Positions 51,601 to 63,560 are shown, counted from the first letter of the stretch. The stretch is DNA of 64,000 nt from Schmidtea polychroa (GCA_044892525.1 CM097888.1:34534001-34598000), one strand, 5' to 3'. Made by a program: numbers and translations. The notes: generated from the letters alone by a model not told the origin.

Positions 51601-54600
51601 TTTAGATTATCCATTATGTCAAAAAAACTTAAAAGAAGACTTAATGGGGAAAACAGAGCTTTTAATGAAGAATGGCAGCTGCAATATTAACTTATTTCTG
51701 TGAAAGATAAAATGGTTTGTTTGTAAAGTAATTATATACTGACAACTTTAAAAAAGTATAATGCGAACCAGCATTATATATCTCACAAAGATCACAAATA
51801 TGTTAAACTCGAAGGCCAAGCTCGTAAATCTGCACTTCAGAAAATGAAAAAAGAAAGACAGGATCAAACACTATCTTTCAGTGCTTTTACTAAGCAAGGA
51901 TCCGCTTCAACTGATGCTACATTCAAAATAGCGTATATACTTGGAGAAAGAGGTAAGCCATTTAGTTATGTGGAAATGATAAAGGAATGCATTGTTGAAG
52001 CAGTTGGATGCTTAGATCCTGAAAAAATTGAAAAATATAAACAACTACCTCTTTCACGAAGGACCATTACTGATAGATAACACGAATTAGCTTACAATGT
52101 AACAGAACAGCTTCGCAAAATTATTCAAAAAAAGGATGTATATTTTTCAATAGCATTAGACGAATCTACTGATAAAACTGACTCAGCTCAGGTATTATGT
52201 TTTATTCGTGCCATAACTGAAGATTTTCAATCTTATGAGGAACTACTCTGTTTGGGCGCGCCCACTGGAAGAACTCATGGAATAGATATCCACGATAAAT
52301 TTAAAAAAATATGTCGTGAAGCAGGACTAAAACTTGATAATCTGATTAGTGTGTGCACTGACGGTGCACCTTCCATGAAACGCAAAAAAGAGTAATTTGT
52401 TTCATTGTTAAAAAAACAATTTAAATTTACAAACATTAATTTCATTTCATTGTATATTGCACCAACAAAATCTTTGTGCTAAATCTACTACATTAAGCAA
52501 TACTATAGAGAAAATTATTGTACTTGTTAATTTTATCCGAGCAAATGCAACACGACATCGCCAATTTCGAAACTTGCTTATATCAGATGCTGAGACATAT
52601 AGTGTAGATTTACCGTATCATTGTAAAGTGCGCTGGCTATCAAGAGGCCAGGTTTTAGTCAAAGTTTTATCATTGCGAGAACAAATCGTGAAATGTTATG
52701 AGGAACAAAACCAGCATTGCGATTTACTAGATGACGAATTTTGCAGAAATAGTGCATTTTTGTGTGATATTATGGTAAAGCAGAACGATTTAAATATTTC
52801 TTTGCAAGGTAAAACAAAACATATTTATGATATGTGGCAAAAAATCCAGGCATTTCGAAAAAAATTATTATTTTTCAAAACTATTTTATATCGATCGGAA
52901 ATTTCTGGAGAACATTTTCCGCAATTAGCAAAAATATTAAATGAACAAGAACCTAGAAGTTTCATATCTCAAGATTACATAACTGTTTTGGACTCACTAA
53001 CTGAAGAATATACGGAACGATTTTCTGATTTTGAAGAACATACTTTGATAATGAAATTAGCATTTGAACCACATCTAGTTGATATCTCAAAAGCACCTAG
53101 CGAACTACAGATGGAATTGTTTGAGTTATGTGAAGATAATATTATAAAGTCTCCTTTTGACGCAAAGAAATATCCGATTGAAATATGGAAGAATGCAATT
53201 GAATACCCATGTTTACGCGAACATGCTCGTAGACTTCTTTCTTGCTTTGGAAATACTTACTGCTGCGAATCAACTTTTTCATATTTAACACAAATTAAGA
53301 CCAACTTAAGGACTGAGATAACTGATATTCACTTAGAAGATCAACTTAAGTTACGTGTTACTAAGCTGGAACCTGATATCAAATTTCTTTCCAATAAAAA
53401 GCAGGCACAAAAGTCCTATTAAATTGGTTATGTGGACCTGCATATTTTTTACATCTTTTTATTTTTTTTAATGGACTATGCATGTGTTTTATATCGAACT
53501 AATAAAAAAAAATTGGATTTGAGGAATTATCATTTTTTGTCTTAATTTTTATTTTTTGTGCTTCCAGAAAAATAGTAATATATTAAAGTTATATGCGGCC
53601 TGCTTACGATCTACAAAATTATAATTGGCCTTTAATGGTAAAAAAAGGTTCCCTATCCCTGATCTAATGCATCATCGAATACATCATCATAGAAATACAT
53701 CATCTGAATACATGAAAAGACATGAATGTCGGTCGAAAAAAAAATGTTTTAAGTAGGGATGGTTGAAATAAAATTTATTTAGGAGTTTCCCAGAGGTAAA
53801 TAAATTCTTTTTGTCTTGGAAGTATATGTAAATATTTATATATTAATAGATTTATAATTTTTATAATTTATAATAGATTCATAAATTTGAATTACTAATT
53901 TTATTGCTTCTGTACATACATTTATTTTACTTTCTCCATCCTAATCATGAGTGTTCCAAAGAAAAGTAAACTCTACCATTATCACGATGAATGGCAACAT
54001 GATTATTTTTTTTTATGTCTAATAGTAAATGTTGTTGTTAAATATGGTCCTCATCTGTAGCAATTCTAAAGAAAAGAAATGCGGAGACATTTTTAAACAA
54101 TGCATGCAAAATATGATGCAGAATATCCAAAGATACTGAAATATACAAGGTAAAAATACAAGATTTGAAAAAAACATATTTCTTTGCAGCAGAATATGTT
54201 TGTGAAAGCTACGAAGAAACCAGTTTTCAATAACCATAGCGACTTGGAGTGTGTCATTTATTAGTCAAAAAGTAAAATGCATTTCATAAATGGCAATTTT
54301 ATTGAAGAATCGGGTTTGACAGCGATAGAAGCTCTTACAGCTTCAAATATATAACAGACATTATTGATTTAATTAAGGATTTACAGTCTTTGAGAATGAT
54401 TGTAACAAGAAGAATAGAAGATTTAAGTGCAGATATTACTAATCAGTTACAACAAGAATAATTAAATGTGTTGCATTTTCATTGGCATTTGACGAGTCAA
54501 CAGACGTAATTGAAATTGCAAAAATAATAGTATTTAAAGACTGTAGAACTAAAGAACTTAAAATAATACACTGCATGGAAGGACAAGAGGGCAGAATATA

Positions 54601-57600
54601 TTTAATGCTTTTGATAATTTTGTTAAAGAAACTGCACTTCCTATTTCGAAATTATTTGATGGGGTCCCTTCATTGGCCAGTCACAAGAACTTCTATATAT
54701 GTATATGTTCAGTGGCTTAGTAGAAGGAAATTTTTAATGAGGTTTGTGGATGTATTGAATGAAATTAGAAACTTCCTAGCTGAAAAAAAAGAATTTCACT
54801 CAAAATTAACAAACAAAGTGTGGTTGTTTAATTTGTTTTTTGGTAGCTTTCTCTGCAAAACTTAGTGACTTGAGCTAAAAGGTAAAAATAGAAATTTAGC
54901 AGATATTATAAGTTCGACAAGACAAATAATCCCGATTTTGAAAAAATTTCTAAGTCAAACCTATGACAAAGATCACATTAATATGTACTTGCTTTCTTAT
55001 ATATTTTTGATATTAATAATTTATTTATTATTTTTTATTTTTTTGAATTTTTTGCTATTTCTATTTTATTTTTGTATTTATTTTTTTAATTTTAAAATGA
55101 AGTGAAATAAAGTGAAGTTATACTAATTAAAGATCTAAATTCTTTGTAAATGGATAGATTTCAAGGTAGTTGAATTAAAATAAGTCGATCTTTAGTATAA
55201 AAAAGTTGGGCAGGCCTGATCTATTCAGTAAATTTCAAGAATATTTATATATTATTAACAATTGGATGTGAACATATTTTTGTTATCAATTTGTTAGTTA
55301 AAATTTCTGTTGCATAGAAGTAATTTTTGATCTTTAATTAGAATGAAAATAAATGACACATCAAAAAAGGAAACAGATCAAAGGTGACTAAACAAATAAA
55401 AGATTTTACTTGTATATTCGTTCTTTGGAATTATTTATACAAACTATTGTTGTAATCTACTCAAATAGACTTGATGTATGTGTATTTGTTGGAATTTGGT
55501 GTAAAATATTATGAGTTGTTACGCCTTATAACACTTTATTTTAATGATTGTATTTTTTAATAATATTCTTTATCATTGAATGTTTTTGCAATAGAAATTG
55601 TTAGTTACTGAAAATATTTTTAATAAAATTATAAATCAATTAATGCTTTATTTATAAAATTGTTAATCATTAAATACTTTAATAAATTTCTTTTTCATTG
55701 ATTATATTTGTAATTAAATTGATATTTTAAAAATACCGTAACTCAAATTAGTGAATTTGAAGGGTCACTACTGACAACCTGCCCCTCCTTTACTGGAGAA
55801 AAGATTAAGCTAAATATTATTTTTGACTAGTATTTATATGTGAGTCAACTAGTAAAAAAAAATCTAGATTAATATTTTTCCCTCGATGGAGAGGAGTTGA
55901 GTTAGTGGTGACCCTTTCTACTATTCAAGGCAACTTAAGTTACTTAGGTGTGAAGAAAAATGAATTTATTTCCGTAGCAATGATTGAAAAATGGGTTTCA
56001 AAAAACTATGTGGTACGTATTACTGGTGGGACTTCGTTGATAAAATCATTTAATCCAAAAATTAACATATAAAATGCATTAATAAATTTTATTGGATTCC
56101 CTACATATAATTATAAATTACTAATAAACCTGTAAGTATAATAGTTTTTATTGAAGGTATTTCATGCCTCATGATAACAGTTGAGTTGTCGAAATATATT
56201 GAAAAAACGTTTTAAAATTGGTGTTCTATTTATTTTAATAAGTCACTAATCCTTTTTATAAAATATAACTGACCCGTGTACAAAGAAACGATAGTAATTA
56301 TACATGTTAATATTTTTATCTGAAAATTAAAATATGTATAATTAATATATAGGGAATTATAGAAATTATATTAGATTACTTCATATTCTTCACTTTGATC
56401 ACTCATTTCAATATCTTCCGTTAAAGTGTTGAATTTGATAATATCTTTTTTTAAAATTTCATTTTTACTATCAGTCAACATGTTTACAATGTGGTGGGAT
56501 TTCCGTTTAGTTTGCTTATTCATACTGAAACTCTAAATAATTTAATCAAAATAAGAATAATTGAGTTTTTATTGAAATTCTCTATATGAACATATAAATA
56601 ATACAAAAACTATATAAATAATCATATTGTCTAAATAAGAAGTGTTACAAAGAAGTCTAGATATTTTTAAATGTATAGAAACTGATTTAGCAAAATACTT
56701 GAATGAAACACACCTATTTGTCGGATATATTTCAGAAATTTAATGAACTAAATTTTACTTACAATTCACTTTAAAATTAGAAGATTTATTAACCTCTTAA
56801 GTGGCTATGACGGATATATACGTCATCAACTAAATTGACCTAAATTAACAAAATATGTTAAAATTATATCATAAATATTACTTTTGTCAATATATTATGT
56901 TAACCCTTTCCTATCTTGTGTCTATAAAAATATGACAAAAAAAAATTAACAATTCTATTCTTTGTCTGTAAAAAAATGATATTACCAATGGTGAGAATGA
57001 CCTTGAAAATGATATACAAGATGCACAGTTGAGCACTGGCGATGATGACGATAATTCTTTTTAATTTTTTAAATTTTTTAAAATTTAATTAGGATTGGAA
57101 CGGGCGGGAAGAACATAAAATAAAGAAGATAGGAAAGGGTTAATAAATATCATCCAATAAGATATTATTTTATTTTTTGTAACACTATGCCCAAGATGTA
57201 TATATACACTAGCGGATGACAAAATTCGTTGCTGAGGAGCGCATTTCGTTTAACGAAATAAACCACTTAAGAGGTTATAAAGCATGCTTTGTGGAGAATG
57301 AATCAGCAATAAAAGTATTCAAATCTTGTATGAATTAATTAAATTAAAATCAATATATGAGGGAAAGTATCTTTAATAAAACAAATTTGAGACGGAAAGA
57401 AAATAAATAACAATCAAATTCAAATTTTTTTGTAAGTTATAATTGAAATTATTAAATTTAAAACTAAAATTTTTTAAGCATTCAGAAATTGATTAAAAAG
57501 ATTGACCAAAGTCAAAGAACGTGGAGAAAATTACTACAATCACATAAAAGAAATTTCCCAAAATCATTACTAAAACAAAACATTTTAGAATACCTTAAAA

Positions 57601-58190
57601 ATATGCATTGTAAGTAAAAATATTAACTTTTTGAAAATAAATCATAAATGACCTAAATTCATAATAAATACGCCAGTTTCATTTTATTAAATATATTAAC
57701 ATTAAAAAATTAAAAATTATTTAATAAAAACTTTAAACAATGTAAACTTAATGAAAAATATAAATTAAATGAGAAGCTGCCAAAAATATATATTTTTATT
57801 GCATATAACGAATGACAATTGGTGAACTCGGTTCAAATTTTGTGTACGAGCACGTTATAAAAATAATCTTACTCTGTGGGTGAGATGCAATTCGCCCGAT
57901 TGCTCACATTTATCCTTTGCCATTGGAAATGAATTTACAATTTTCGTAAATATTGTTAAATTAATTTGATTAACAAAATTATTAAATGATTATTATTTAT
58001 CAAATAAATAACTAATACTTTTTTAAAGTCATCAATTGATTTGGAAAATTGTTGATTTTTCAAATGATTTATATCATTATTTTTTAATGCGATTGTATCT
58101 TTCATTTGAAATAATGATTTACTGTTTCCTATGTTATCCCGATCATCTGTAGAAAATTTTAAGCTTTACAACAACAACAACAACAACAAC

Positions 58191-58236
<46 letters not shown>

Positions 58237-58588
58237 TTAACTACCTTTCTTAATTGAATCAGCTTTCTTACTGTTAATATCAACATTGGTCAGTTCAAAT
58301 TCACTATTTTCATATTGAAGATCAAAATCATCAGTTTCAGATTGCACCATTATGTGATTATCTCGGTTATCATCAAGTGATTCTTGAAAATTATTAAAAT
58401 CGCGACTAATTTCTTTATCCATCCAGTTATCTTTGTTGGAAATAGATGGGAATCGAGAATTTCTTTGACTTGACAAACTAGAGGTCCTTAAAGGCATCGA
58501 AATATTCGGATCAATTATCCATGAAATTGAATCTTGAAATGAATGTCTAAGATTTTCATGTGAAACTTGATGGAATTCGTTTGACGAT
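42211..58588 (-). CDS. HECTD1: HECTD1-like HECT E3 ubiquitin ligase (C-terminal ~1,030 aa; 5' part not found in window)
   Basis: Exons 58588-58245, 58146-58019, 56532-56380, 50584-50296, 49819-49560, 47113-46967, 46923-46577, 45219-44730, 43457-43152, 42886-42682, 42641-42211; phases compatible, but two junctions adjoin N-gaps. HECTD1-type motifs: QPFPGLVQAIDHR, IWHSQFTLFY, FGVSR/SIIWLQQR, GRLKK, EEGTGLGPTLEF, YTEP..GY, GCSSLPPGGL.NL.PRLT, YPSVNTCMHYLKLPEY, GFYLN*. Confidence 0.9.
44730..45219 (-). CDS. HECTD1: HECT N-lobe exon
   Basis: IIWLQQR..LEIQFDQEEGTGLGPTLEF..GLFPYP..FRLLGIFMAKCLQ; AG/GT boundaries. Confidence 0.95.
45388..45415 (+). mobile_element. Helitron-like 5' terminus inside a HECTD1 intron
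   Basis: ACTAGATGAAATACCCAGCGTTGCACGG resembles the ACTAG..TACCCGGCGTTGCCCGG start of invertebrate non-autonomous Helitrons. Confidence 0.45.
45440..45660 (+). mobile_element. Possible Penelope-like RT C-terminal fragment
   Basis: KLIKLLHNNGYSKSFLQRMV resembles the PLE L..NGYP..FI motif. Confidence 0.3.
46032..46319 (-). other. Intronic ORF with one hydrophobic (TM/signal-like) segment, nested in a HECTD1 intron
   Basis: ..LHIAIIYILLLIGIFIHAYRQDFDKPGPNHHEYDG..; the flanking HECTD1 exons join seamlessly without it. Confidence 0.3.
47174..47398 (+). repeat. Dispersed ~230-bp repeat, copy 2
   Basis: Matches 35809-36048. Confidence 0.9.
47600..48060 (-). mobile_element. mariner (D,D34D-type) transposase relic in a HECTD1 intron
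   Basis: HYEL..QKYTINSE*YFNQLD..; ..HTS/PATRQKL..; matches the YELL..TINS..YC.QL..HTS..TRQKL mariner C-half. Confidence 0.6.
48382..48808. mobile_element. hAT MITE (CAG.GCCGGATTTAC type), 427 bp
   Basis: 15-bp TIR with 2 mismatches; degenerate TSD AGAACATC/CAAACATC; GGGCCC subterminal motifs. Confidence 0.82.
50877..53661 (+). mobile_element. hAT (Charlie/SPIN, GTF2IRD2-like) transposon, full length 2785 bp, antisense in a HECTD1 intron
   Basis: TIR CAGGGAT[G/A]GGGAACC; TSD ATCTAATA (50869-76) / ATCTAATG (53662-69). Confidence 0.93.
51616..53422 (+). pseudogene. GTF2IRD2/ZBED-like hAT transposase pseudogene
   Basis: ENRAFNEEW; GKPFS; LPLSRRTI; FSIALDESTD; SVCTDGAPSM; HC.LHQQNL; HCKVRWLSRG; FGNTYCCESTFS; several stops and frameshifts. 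Confidence 0.9.
53947..55218 (+). mobile_element. Second, older GTF2IRD2-like hAT relic with right TIR
   Basis: MSVPKKSKLYHYHDEWQHDYFF; SLAFDESTD; VQWLSR..LMRF..LNEIRNFL; right end AAAGTTGGGCAGGCCTG. Confidence 0.7.
55759..55919. repeat. Degenerate foldback element (AAGGGTCAC...GTGACCCTT)
   Basis: ~50-bp arms, only roughly 70% complementary by eye. Confidence 0.5.
56167..56201 (+). ncRNA. Degenerate (probably inactive) copy of the minimal hammerhead motif
   Basis: CTCATGA-T-AACAG/TTGTC-GAAA-TATATT; same layout and ATATAT palindrome, G5>C core change. Confidence 0.45.
56793..57274. mobile_element. piggyBac-type MITE family A, copy 2, carrying a nested insertion
   Basis: TIR CCTCTTAAGTGG at both ends; TTAA on the left, TTAT on the right; collinear with 27004-27243. 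Confidence 0.92.
56904..57139. mobile_element. piggyBac-type MITE family B (236 bp) nested in family A
   Basis: 14-bp perfect TIR CCCTTTCCTATCTT; TTAA TSD on both sides; empty TTAA site visible in copy 1. Confidence 0.95.
58168..58233. repeat. Compound (AAC)n(AAT)n microsatellite filling a HECTD1 intron
   Basis: About 7 AAC plus 14 AAT units inside the 58147-58244 intron. Confidence 0.95.
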
Positions 58589-59209
58589 CTAAACTCATAG
58601 CACAAAATTATGAATGTTTATTTGCTTAATGAAAAATTATTTATAATTTATAATTTGCTTGAAGAAAATGAAGAATAAAAATAAGAATTCTGCATTTATT
58701 ATTAGTGATATTCAATGTGACCGGGTGATGGAGTAATCTGATTCCAAAGCTTATTTGCAAAGTTACTGAGTTTAATCATGCTGAAATCAAGATTTTTATA
58801 GTGCACTTTTTCATTTTAAGTATCACAATAAACCTGTATGACAATATGTACATGTCATACAATTTAAATATCAATTAAAATTAAATATAAATTTATAATA
58901 AAATATAACTATTATTTATAACTATATTTAATTTTAATATTAAATTTAAATATAATAATATCTATCAGAACCACTCCATCAAATTTTCATTTTGACAAAA
59001 ATTAAGATAATAATAAAGATCAAAAAATTAATACACAACATAAATTTTCGGCTTTGGCTTCATCAAGTGTTATTTAATTTATTAACCAATCGTTTGAAAA
59101 CAATTATGCAAAATTTAACATTGTTAATCTTCTTAAGAGTCGTCAATCACATCCATCACATTTAAAAGGACGGCTATTTTTAATAATTAAATAAAAGTGT
59201 TATTATAAT

Positions 59210-59600
59210 CAGTGGCGTAACAGACGCCATGGACACTATACCTTTTGGGTGCCTCGCGAAAAACATACAGTAATATAATATATAGAATATAATACAAATA
59301 ATAATAGAATACAGTACCTACCTTAAAATACTGTACAATATATTACAAATATTCACTACCTAACTACGCTTCTACAATATACTATACTGTTTTTCGGGAT
59401 AAATAGAGATACAGGCTCAGGTTGAGCTTTAAATTTTACTGCATTTAGTCTGGATTCGTTCTGATATATTTGGAATCCACGAATAATCATTTTAATATTA
59501 TTTGAAGATTATTACTGAATTTTAAATAAGCAACAACTTTGAATTCCAAAACGTCCGGAATTACAAAGAGTGTTTCTGTTACATTTTCTGTACTTTTCGT
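59210..59600 (-). mobile_element. hAT relic: terminal CAGTGGCGTAAC plus decayed dimerisation-domain tail
   Basis: TIR-like end at 59210; minus-strand remnants resembling ..YLRSTM.Q.RLNA.. Confidence 0.45.
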
Positions 59601-59970
59601 TTGTAAAAATAAAAATATATCACTATCTTAGAAAAATAAAGTGTTCAGAAAAAAAGAAGAAAGAACGTTTTGTATACGGAGATATTTGGTTGATTTACTG
59701 TAAACATTATTTATAGAATATTTTATCAATCAAATCAAGAAAGGAAATAATTAAATTATATTACAATAATTATTAATTTCAAATATATTTCCAAGAAAAA
59801 TTCCGGAAATTCTTGTTTGTCTTGGGGACCATTTGACACCCTTCTTTGAGTGGCACTCGTTGCATGATAGACCCCATTGCTCCTCCTCGCTACGTCACTG
59901 ATTATAATATGTTTCATTAGATGAAAGTATTTTATTTTAGATATATGTAATTTTAAATATATGTTGGCGT

Positions 59971-60399
59971 ATGTGGGGAAAGAGAAAATTATGCACACGT
60001 GATTATCGTACGTACCAAGTACCCTTTCCCGCTCAGACACTTCCCATACATACTCCAAATGATCAAATACATATTCCCTCGTATGAGCCCGTGGTGATGT
60101 TCCACGTTGGTGCTGCTCACACGGGTCGGAAAAGGTTAGCAGGTGAGCCCTGCATTAGGACTACTCCTAACCCTTTCGCGGTTCGGGTTCTATGGTGCCT
60201 TAGAAGGACTTACCCGTTTCTTCACACGAAATCCAGTCCGACCCTGGTCCAAAGGGCGACATTTAAGCTCGTACTATGTCTTCAGGAGCACCTTTTACTC
60301 AAATCAACCACAGCAAATCATACATACTATGGACAAGATCAAAGAATTCGAACAATTGTATTAAAGCGAAAACACAAAGATACATTCACCATTAAATAA
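59971..60399 (+). other. 142-codon open frame convergent with the orphan ORF, ending at AATAAA
   Basis: Open frame in the GC-richer block; stop overlaps an AATAAA; no recognisable domain. Confidence 0.3.
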
Positions 60400-60494
60400 A
60401 TAATAACAAAACATCAAAGGTCATGTACAAGATAACGTCAACTTCTTCGAGTTCCTTCATACTGCACGAAAAATTGAGGCCAATGAAAAATTCG

Positions 60495-61447
60495 TTACGA
60501 AAACACTTCCCCTTCTGCGATCATTTCGTCAATGTCGACGGGCAACCGGCGATCTTCTAGGAATTTGATGCTGTCGGCCGGAACTACCCGAAATACTTCT
60601 TTCGTAGGGATAGAATGGGTGATTGTAATTTCCTTGATAGTCGATTTGGCTGCAGATAACGATGCTTCGAGCGCGGCCATGGCGTTTCTGCGCTTCTGAT
60701 TTTTCTCTGAGTGCGTCGGTCTCTTACGCTTTCGATGTGGACATGCGGCTTCTGCTGGAGGCTGAATGAGTGGCGACACGAGAACTGGGGCCAAGATAGG
60801 GTCCGATGGACCACCAGCCATAGGCCGATAACCAGAAAGGACTGGGGCGGGAATTGGTGGCAATTGTAGGCCGTGCCCCTTGCAACTGGTGGTTGATGAG
60901 GCTCCAGCTGACTGATGGTGTACTGGGAACACGTTAGTCCCATCTTGTATCGGGTATTCGCGAACCCGCTTCGCTATCTCGGATTCCGAATATACTTTGT
61001 GTAGTGCCTCTGATTGGGCTTTTATGGTTAGCCTCTGGCATCTACTCTCCTCCAGGAGACTGTCACGGCAGTGCTCCAAACGTAGAATTTTACTCTTCTC
61101 TTCCTTCATTTGTGGTGGGGAGAACCACGTTCCTTCGTATAGGTCAATTCTCTTCTTTAATTCCCCGATATATAAGTGGAGCTGTGCGATATCTGCATTT
61201 TTGTCGGCACAGGAAAAACAAGGTCGAAGAGTACTTCCGGGCTTAGTTGGAGTGGTCATCTAAAAGGTAAGACAGTTATACTCGCACCACAGGCATTATG
61301 ATATTGCCAGTGACACTCTTACGACATGAAGTTTATTCCATCAATCTCGTATTAAAGTCAAAAAACATAAAAGCCAATCTCACGCATACGTACCAGTGAT
61401 CGTGATGCGGTCCATTCGACCCCAAATATTCGAACTAGTTCATTCAT
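60495..61447 (-). CDS. Orphan protein (254-aa exon 61259-60495; possible upstream exon 61447-61394, giving ~272 aa): CxxC, coiled coil, Pro-rich linker, basic NLS-like tract
   Basis: Intact ORF; TTACCTTTTAG acceptor directly precedes the ATG; GTACGT donor at 61393 in phase 0; CFSC, LHLYIGELKKRIDL, RKRKRP..KRR. Confidence 0.6.
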
Positions 61448-62169
61448 ACAGCAGTTTTTCGGGGAAAAGAAAACGGAACATTTTACATTATCATATTCGC
61501 AAGTAAAAAATGTTAAATTTATCCTCGGGGTGAGCAATTTTTCCTTTAATCATGTCGTCACTAATTTGTATTATTATGCCCTCGAAAATATTTTAGCTAT
61601 TCGTTATATATATATAGAACAGAATTATATCTGATACATTAAATTTTTCCCCCTGTTACAATCCATCATATCAGGCTACACCTCTTGTTCGATTTTTCAA
61701 GGTTTAGGTTAGTCAAAAATCGGATGTAACCTAAGTCTCCCGGCGTTACTCTAAATCAAATTATCTGGAACGAAGAGGATTTGTAGACGATTCAATTACA
61801 ACGATGAATTTTAACATCTCAGATTTCTAATTCTAAATTTTTATCGATATTTATCTCATTTCGTCACTCTTTATCATATTCCCTTAGCAATTCATTTATA
61901 GCTTTAACTTTTTAAACCTAGCCTTAACCCATCAGTTTAATTAATCCCACTGCTACCTTCAGTATCGTGCATATTAATTGGGCGATATTATTTCACATTC
62001 AACGCTAATATTCGAAAATATATTATAGAAAAGTGTAATCCAAATTCAAATAAAATGATTTTTAAAATATGCACGGGAAATCGTCGTCATAACGACGCCT
62101 ATCTGTGGGTATTATTGTATCATTATTCATCCCTACTAGGTGAGTTTGTGTGTCTAAATCTGTGATTGT

Positions 62170-63560
62170 TATGAATAACTATTCACCTATCCGAGTCTAG
62201 CAGAATCAATGTCATACTGCTCCACGATGACGCGGTCCATTATTCTACTCTTACGCACAGTTCGACGTCTCCGGTGACATTCCCTATTCTTACGCAATCC
62301 TGATGATATCACACACATTTCTGTTCGAATTTTACGTCACTCTACGGGAAGAAATCTCATCGTGGCGTGTACAGTTACGCGCATGTTCACAACAGAGTCA
62401 CTCAGAATTTCCCTACTATAGTGTCTATGGCAATTTTCGTAGATGGAAAATGATAGATGTAGAAGATTACCAGTGGGCTGGATTTGTCAATTCGTCTGTT
62501 ATCGTGTTGCGGGCTCGGGTACTCCTATCGTTACGCCCACTAACAAATCAATTCAACAATTTTCACCTTATCTCTCATAGTGGATTTTTGTTGGTCGTCT
62601 CATTCGATTACTCAAAAACTGACTGGACTTCGTTCAACATTGAGTTGATAACTCTGACAGCAGTGTCCTTCATATCGGCCGTAAGTACTCTGATAATTCC
62701 TCGGGAGTTGTTTACTTTATTTTCAGAAAATTAAAGCTTATCAGCAGTGCAAGAGTTGATAATCCCGTCTAAAAGTGCATCATAGATGGTTTTCATCGCC
62801 AATATCCTAGCGATTCACACATTAGAAGACTATAGCTTCACCAATCTTCCGTGAAATTTTATCAATGACATCGCGCGAATACAGATCTCTGTCGGTTGGA
62901 TATTTCGACACTATTCGTGGACAAGTTTAAATCATGGCTCATTTTCAAGCAAGAGACGGAAAAAGGAAAATTTGATATAATGTCTACATTTTATGAATCC
63001 GCCAATTTTATGCAATTTCTTTATAGATTGTTTCTCCACCTCAGCTTTAATGGCCGTAACTCGTTATACTGGAAATATGTTCGATGATTTCAAAAGTGGA
63101 TCGCACTCGACGAAAAAATCGGTTCCTACAACCATATTCTGCCATTTACCAGATACCCTCACCCCTCCTGGCCCACCCAAGAACAGCATGCATCGCTGCC
63201 GCCATTCTTGGACCGTCAGGAAGGACGATTCTATCTCATCAAATTTCTATCATCTTCATCGAAAATAATCATCAAAAATAAATAGTATAATTCATCAGAC
63301 AACTCAATATTATTGGAATATTACTATCATATAAAATAATTATTTACCCGGCGACCACGCCGTCTGGATTTCGAACATGATACGACGTCGGGATACTCAT
63401 CGTACATTTCATTTTCCATTCCCAGTGAGATCTAATTCATTCAAATTCTCGATTCGATATCTTTATTTTCATCGCTCGTCTTCGAGTATCTCCTAGAAAA
63501 TTTATTCGCGTCTCCGCATCATGTCCGATTCCCAGACGACATCGTCGCCAGCCGCATGGA
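62170..63560 (-). pseudogene. Long decayed reading frame of unknown family
   Basis: One minus frame reads protein-like for >300 codons with scattered stops (..FLGGPGGVRVSGKWQNMVVGTDFFVECDP..LAMKTIYDALLDGIINSC..); GTAAAT donor near 63345. Confidence 0.35.

Noticed and set aside
57860-57905. 42-nt phase-0 cassette exon candidate in HECTD1
   Set aside because: Good donor, but the acceptor lacks a pyrimidine tract.
60080-60300. Canonical HDV-like or hammerhead ribozyme
   Set aside because: P3 and J4/2 (HDV) or stem II closure (hammerhead) could not be satisfied; kept only as an unassigned structured block.
62303-62734. 143-aa plus ORF
   Set aside because: Probably the antisense shadow of the decayed minus frame; no motif.
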